A stretch of DNA of 64,000 nt from an uncultured Methanospirillum sp. (GTDB taxonomy: Archaea; Halobacteriota; Methanomicrobia; Methanomicrobiales; Methanospirillaceae): NCBI GenBank assembly GCA_964637135.1, contig CAZWTX010000002.1, positions 62,001 to 126,000 of the forward strand. Direction: 5' to 3'. This document shows positions 60,508 through 64,000 of this stretch, piece after piece. Within the stretch, counting starts at the first letter, position 1. Each line of letters starts with the position of its first letter. The notes below the pieces were generated by a model that had not been told where the DNA came from, did not search any database, and saw only the letters and a program-made list of their open reading frames with translations. Position numbers and translations under genes: made by a program.

Positions 60508-61384
60508 GATCTACGAATCGGGTTTTCTCTCCAAAACCCGGACTTCTGCTCTGGTTAATGTTGATATTGCCATCCATCCGGGTGAGACATATGCGCTGGT
60601 CGGTGAAAGTGGAAGTGGAAAATCCACTCTGGGTCGCATTCTGCTGATGCTCATTCCCCCGTCTGAAGGATCGGTGACCTATCACGGAGAAAAAATTACC
60701 GGGAGAAATGATAAGGGTTTCTCGTTAATCCGGCGTAAACTGCAGATAATTCCACAACATCCGGAGGATGCACTGAATCCGAGATGGAAACTCAGTCGGT
60801 CAGTTCTGGAACCGTATGAAATTCACCCGGATCTGAACGGGAATACTCCCCGGAATGAAATCATACGGGACCTTCTCAAACAAACCGGGCTGAATGTCGA
60901 GTATGTAAACCGGTACCCACATCAGCTCTCCGGCGGAGAACTCCAGCGTGCCGTTATTGCCAGGACTATCGCCCTCAACCCTGACTTCATTGTTTGTGAT
61001 GAACCAACGTCGATGCTTGATGTTTCTGTCCAGGCATCCATTATTCATCTTCTCCAGGAGATCCAGCAAAAAACCCGGGTGGCCCTGTTATTCATAACCC
61101 ATGATATCAAACTTGCCAGAGTAATCGGAGACCGGATCGGGGTTATGTTCAGGGGACAGATCGTAGAAGAAGGAACCGAGATCCTTCTCCATCCACTCCA
61201 TCCATATACCCGGTTCCTGTCCGGAACGGGGAGAAATACTTTGATTTTCGATTCTCTTTCACCAGAAGGCTGCCCGTTCCGGAAGATATGTCCGGCAGCA
61301 GACCAGGTCTGCCTGACAGAGCCCTCCCTGGTTGTATCTGATAGAAGATCAGTCCGTTGCCATAACCCACAGAACCTCCATTAA
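60464..61384 (+). CDS. Nickel/peptide ABC ATPase (DppF/NikE-like)
   Basis: GESGSGKST, YPHQLSGGELQR, CDEPTSMLD, CPFRKIC. Confidence 0.92.
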   Translation: MSDVSPTIIGSGISKIYESGFLSKTRTSALVNVDIAIHPGETYALVGESGSGKSTLGRILLMLIPPSEGSVTYHGEKITGRNDKGFSLIRRKLQIIPQHPEDALNPRWKLSRSVLEPYEIHPDLNGNTPRNEIIRDLLKQTGLNVEYVNRYPHQLSGGELQRAVIARTIALNPDFIVCDEPTSMLDVSVQASIIHLLQEIQQKTRVALLFITHDIKLARVIGDRIGVMFRGQIVEEGTEILLHPLHPYTRFLSGTGRNTLIFDSLSPEGCPFRKICPAADQVCLTEPSLVVSDRRSVRCHNPQNLH

Positions 61385-61441
61385 AATAACACAAATTTGA
61401 ATAAAATATCATTATGTAATAAATATATACAACAGATCCAT

Positions 61442-62977
61442 ATGGAAAGATGGAAACTCGTTCTCACATACGTAGTCATCGCGGTATTACTGGTATCCTG
61501 CATGGCGACTGCCGATGATTCGACTTCAGTGCTCATCATTGCCGGTCCGTGGGATGGGCAGTCGGATCCTCATGTGTCAGGGTACTCCCTGCAACGCCTC
61601 GGGGTAACAGAGACCCTTGTAGATGTTGACCAGTCAGCAGCCCTTGCACCCGGTCTTGCTACGTCATGGGAAGTGTCTGGCGATCAACTGGTCTGGACCT
61701 TCCACTTGAGAGACAGCGTGTCATTCCATGATAAAACCCCTCTCACCGCTCAGGCGATGAAAAAATCTCTTGATGACTCATTGACAAAATCCAAGACTTT
61801 TGCAAAAGTGCCAATCAAGGAGATTTCTGCAGTCGATGACAAGACCCTTGAGATCTCCCTAACAAAACCGTTCCCTTCACTTCCTGCGTACATGGCCAAG
61901 GGTGAGAGTGCTGCCCTCTCTGAGGCGTGCATCGATCAGGGAGATATCACAAAGCCTATCGGAACCGGTCCGTTCATCTTCGAATCATTCTCTCCGAAAG
62001 AAGAGATGATTATCATGAAAAATCCTGACTACTGGGGAAAGAAAGCATCTATAAACGAAGTTGATTACAAGGTGGTTCCGGAAGCTGCAACCCGTTCATT
62101 GCTCCTTGAGAGTGGCGATGTCGATATCATCCAGATCGTTCCAGCCGATATCGCTAAATCGTTTGCATCCAAATCCGGTTTCACAGTAAATTCGCAACCG
62201 ATTTCCCGTGTCAGGGCAATGTTCTATAACTGTGAAAGCGGCCCGTTTGCAGATCAGAAAGTCAGACAGGCGATGAACTATGCTATAGACCGGCAGGCAA
62301 TTGTCGATTATATTTTAGAAGGGGTCGGATCTCCAGCCGCCAGTCTCTTCCCACCTGAGTTTTTCTGGGCTGATAAGAGTATACAGCCGTTTGCATACGA
62401 TCCAGAAAAGGCAAAGACCATGCTTGCCGAAGCAGGGTGGAAAGATTCCAACAACGACGGAGTTCTTGATAAGGACGGAGAGAAGTTGTCAATAACCCTG
62501 GTAACGTATCCCGAACGTGCTGAATTACCTCCAATCGCTGAGGTCATCCAGGATCAGTTGAAGGAAATTGGTATTGAAGTCGAAATTAAGAGTCTTGATA
62601 ATGATTCATCGATTGCCCTTCGAAACAAGGGAGATTTCGACATCTACCTCATGGGAAGAGGACTGCTTTTTACCCCTGATCCTGACGAGGTTATGATGAC
62701 TGATTACCATTCTTCCGGGACATCAGGAGATGGTTCCGGAGCATACCGGTGGTCAAATGCCCGGGTGGATGAATTGATAGAACAGGCCAGGGCGGTAAAC
62801 GATCCGGATGCACGAAAGATACTCTATGATGAAGCCCAGCAGATTATCGTAGATGAGGCACCGGTATCATTCCTGAATTATTATGTAAACCAGGATATTA
62901 CCTCGAGCAACGTGAACGGATACCGGATGCATCCGACCGAGATGTCCTATCACCTGGAGGATGTAACCCTCAGTTAA
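61442..62977 (+). CDS. Family 5 substrate-binding protein (NikA/CntA-like)
   Basis: Signal peptide from MERWKL; ETLV, PGLATSWE, FHLRDSVSFHD, PIGTGPF, VRQAMNYAIDR. Confidence 0.92.
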   Translation: MERWKLVLTYVVIAVLLVSCMATADDSTSVLIIAGPWDGQSDPHVSGYSLQRLGVTETLVDVDQSAALAPGLATSWEVSGDQLVWTFHLRDSVSFHDKTPLTAQAMKKSLDDSLTKSKTFAKVPIKEISAVDDKTLEISLTKPFPSLPAYMAKGESAALSEACIDQGDITKPIGTGPFIFESFSPKEEMIIMKNPDYWGKKASINEVDYKVVPEAATRSLLLESGDVDIIQIVPADIAKSFASKSGFTVNSQPISRVRAMFYNCESGPFADQKVRQAMNYAIDRQAIVDYILEGVGSPAASLFPPEFFWADKSIQPFAYDPEKAKTMLAEAGWKDSNNDGVLDKDGEKLSITLVTYPERAELPPIAEVIQDQLKEIGIEVEIKSLDNDSSIALRNKGDFDIYLMGRGLLFTPDPDEVMMTDYHSSGTSGDGSGAYRWSNARVDELIEQARAVNDPDARKILYDEAQQIIVDEAPVSFLNYYVNQDITSSNVNGYRMHPTEMSYHLEDVTLS

Positions 62978-62998
62978 CCCCCTTTTTTGGTATCGATA

Positions 62999-63943
62999 AT
63001 GCGTAACTTTATTCTCATTCGTCTTCTCCAGACCATCCCGGTTCTCCTTGGGATCACCTTCATTGCCTTCTTTCTCCTGTATCTTTCTCCGGGAGATCCT
63101 GCAGAAATAACTCTACGTGCATTGATGAACACGGATAACCCCCCTGATGAGGCCGTTGCTGAACTTCAAAAAGAGATGAACCTCGACAAACCCTGGTACA
63201 TCCAGTACACATCATGGCTCTCACGGGTGATGACCGGTGACCTGGGGTATTCATACCAGACACGGAGAAGTACGGTTGATGAGATTAAACGGGCATTTCC
63301 GGTAACATTTCTGTTATCGACGATTACATTACTTATTTCATGCATTATCGCCATCCCCATCGGTATCCTGGCAGGGATCAGGCAGAATGGGATAATCGAT
63401 CACTTTTCACGTGCACTATCCATCCTGGGTCTCTCAATCCCGGATTTTTTTCTCGGGATCCTGGGCATTCTCATCTTCTCGATTTATCTGAAAATCTTGC
63501 CGGTAGCAGGGTATAAGGGGCCTGAATACCTGATCCTTCCTGCGTTTGCCCTTTCAGCCGGACTCTTTGCGATCACCATGAGGCTCATGCGGACAAGTAT
63601 GGCCGAGGTATTAGAGGAGGAATACATTCGTACGGCGGTTTCAAAAGGCCTTGACAGACCCTCTATCATCAGGAGGCATGCGATAAAAAATGCCATCGTC
63701 CCGGTAATTACCTACATCGGGACCCAGTATGGCTGGCTGTTTGGGGGAACGATGATCATCGAATCACTATTTGCCATTCCCGGAATGGGCAGGCTCTTTG
63801 TGGATGCAGCCTCTACCCGTGACATCATGGTGATGCAGGGCTGCGTTCTAGTATTTGCTATTGTATTTGTGATCATAAATCTCGGTATCGATATCTCGTA
63901 TTACATCCTCGATCCACGGATCCGGGAGGAAAATGAAAACTGA
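62999..63943 (+). CDS. Nickel/peptide ABC permease (NikB/DppB-like)
   Basis: LSPGDPAE, GDLGYSY, EYIRTAVSKGL, IESLFAIPGMG, LDPRIR. Confidence 0.92.
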   Translation: MRNFILIRLLQTIPVLLGITFIAFFLLYLSPGDPAEITLRALMNTDNPPDEAVAELQKEMNLDKPWYIQYTSWLSRVMTGDLGYSYQTRRSTVDEIKRAFPVTFLLSTITLLISCIIAIPIGILAGIRQNGIIDHFSRALSILGLSIPDFFLGILGILIFSIYLKILPVAGYKGPEYLILPAFALSAGLFAITMRLMRTSMAEVLEEEYIRTAVSKGLDRPSIIRRHAIKNAIVPVITYIGTQYGWLFGGTMIIESLFAIPGMGRLFVDAASTRDIMVMQGCVLVFAIVFVIINLGIDISYYILDPRIREENEN

Positions 63944-64000
63944 TCATAACCTGACCGGTCTTGTGGACTGGTGGGCAGAGACGGTCCCCCGTGTGAGACA
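63933..64000 (+). CDS. 5' fragment of next gene, probably the NikC/DppC permease
   Basis: GGAGG RBS and ATG overlapping the upstream stop (MKTDHNLTGLVDWW...). Identity inferred from operon order only. Confidence 0.5.
   Translation, partial: MKTDHNLTGLVDWWAETVPRVR

Noticed and set aside
1..64000. tRNA/rRNA, riboswitches, CRISPR arrays, IS elements, integrase
   Set aside because: None recognised by eye; tRNAscan-SE, Infernal/Rfam and ISEScan would be needed to exclude them firmly.

Overview
Archaeal methanogen DNA, most likely Methanomicrobiales/Methanospirillum-like. This is inferred from the multi-PAS cytoplasmic chemoreceptor plus cheW, the Methanomicrobiales-style McrD homologue and TATA/oligo-T signals. 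Almost the whole window is a metal-acquisition island: three Nik/Dpp-type ABC importers, five class III (Fe-siderophore/cobalamin/molybdate-type) binding proteins with only two permease/ATPase pairs, seven SAM methyltransferases interleaved with the importers, a CydDC/YbtPQ-like ABC heterodimer plus MFS, a COG0523 GTPase, ModD and several efflux genes. It also holds the Ni-free [Fe]-hydrogenase (hmd) with all seven FeGP-cofactor genes (hcgA-G), followed by orphan, divergent paralogues of two Ni-enzyme maturation proteins (FrhD-like protease and McrD). A degenerate NikR-like palindrome (about RTRTTAC-N13/14-GTAAYAY) recurs upstream of hmd, hcgE, hcgG, the mcrD paralogue and two Nik/Dpp units, which suggests a coordinated nickel-starvation regulon. 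hcgB appears to start at ATT. I saw no rRNA, tRNA, CRISPR or transposase. A 10-N gap at 43649-43658 creates an artefactual gene fusion. All calls are by-eye motif recognition; no searches were run.
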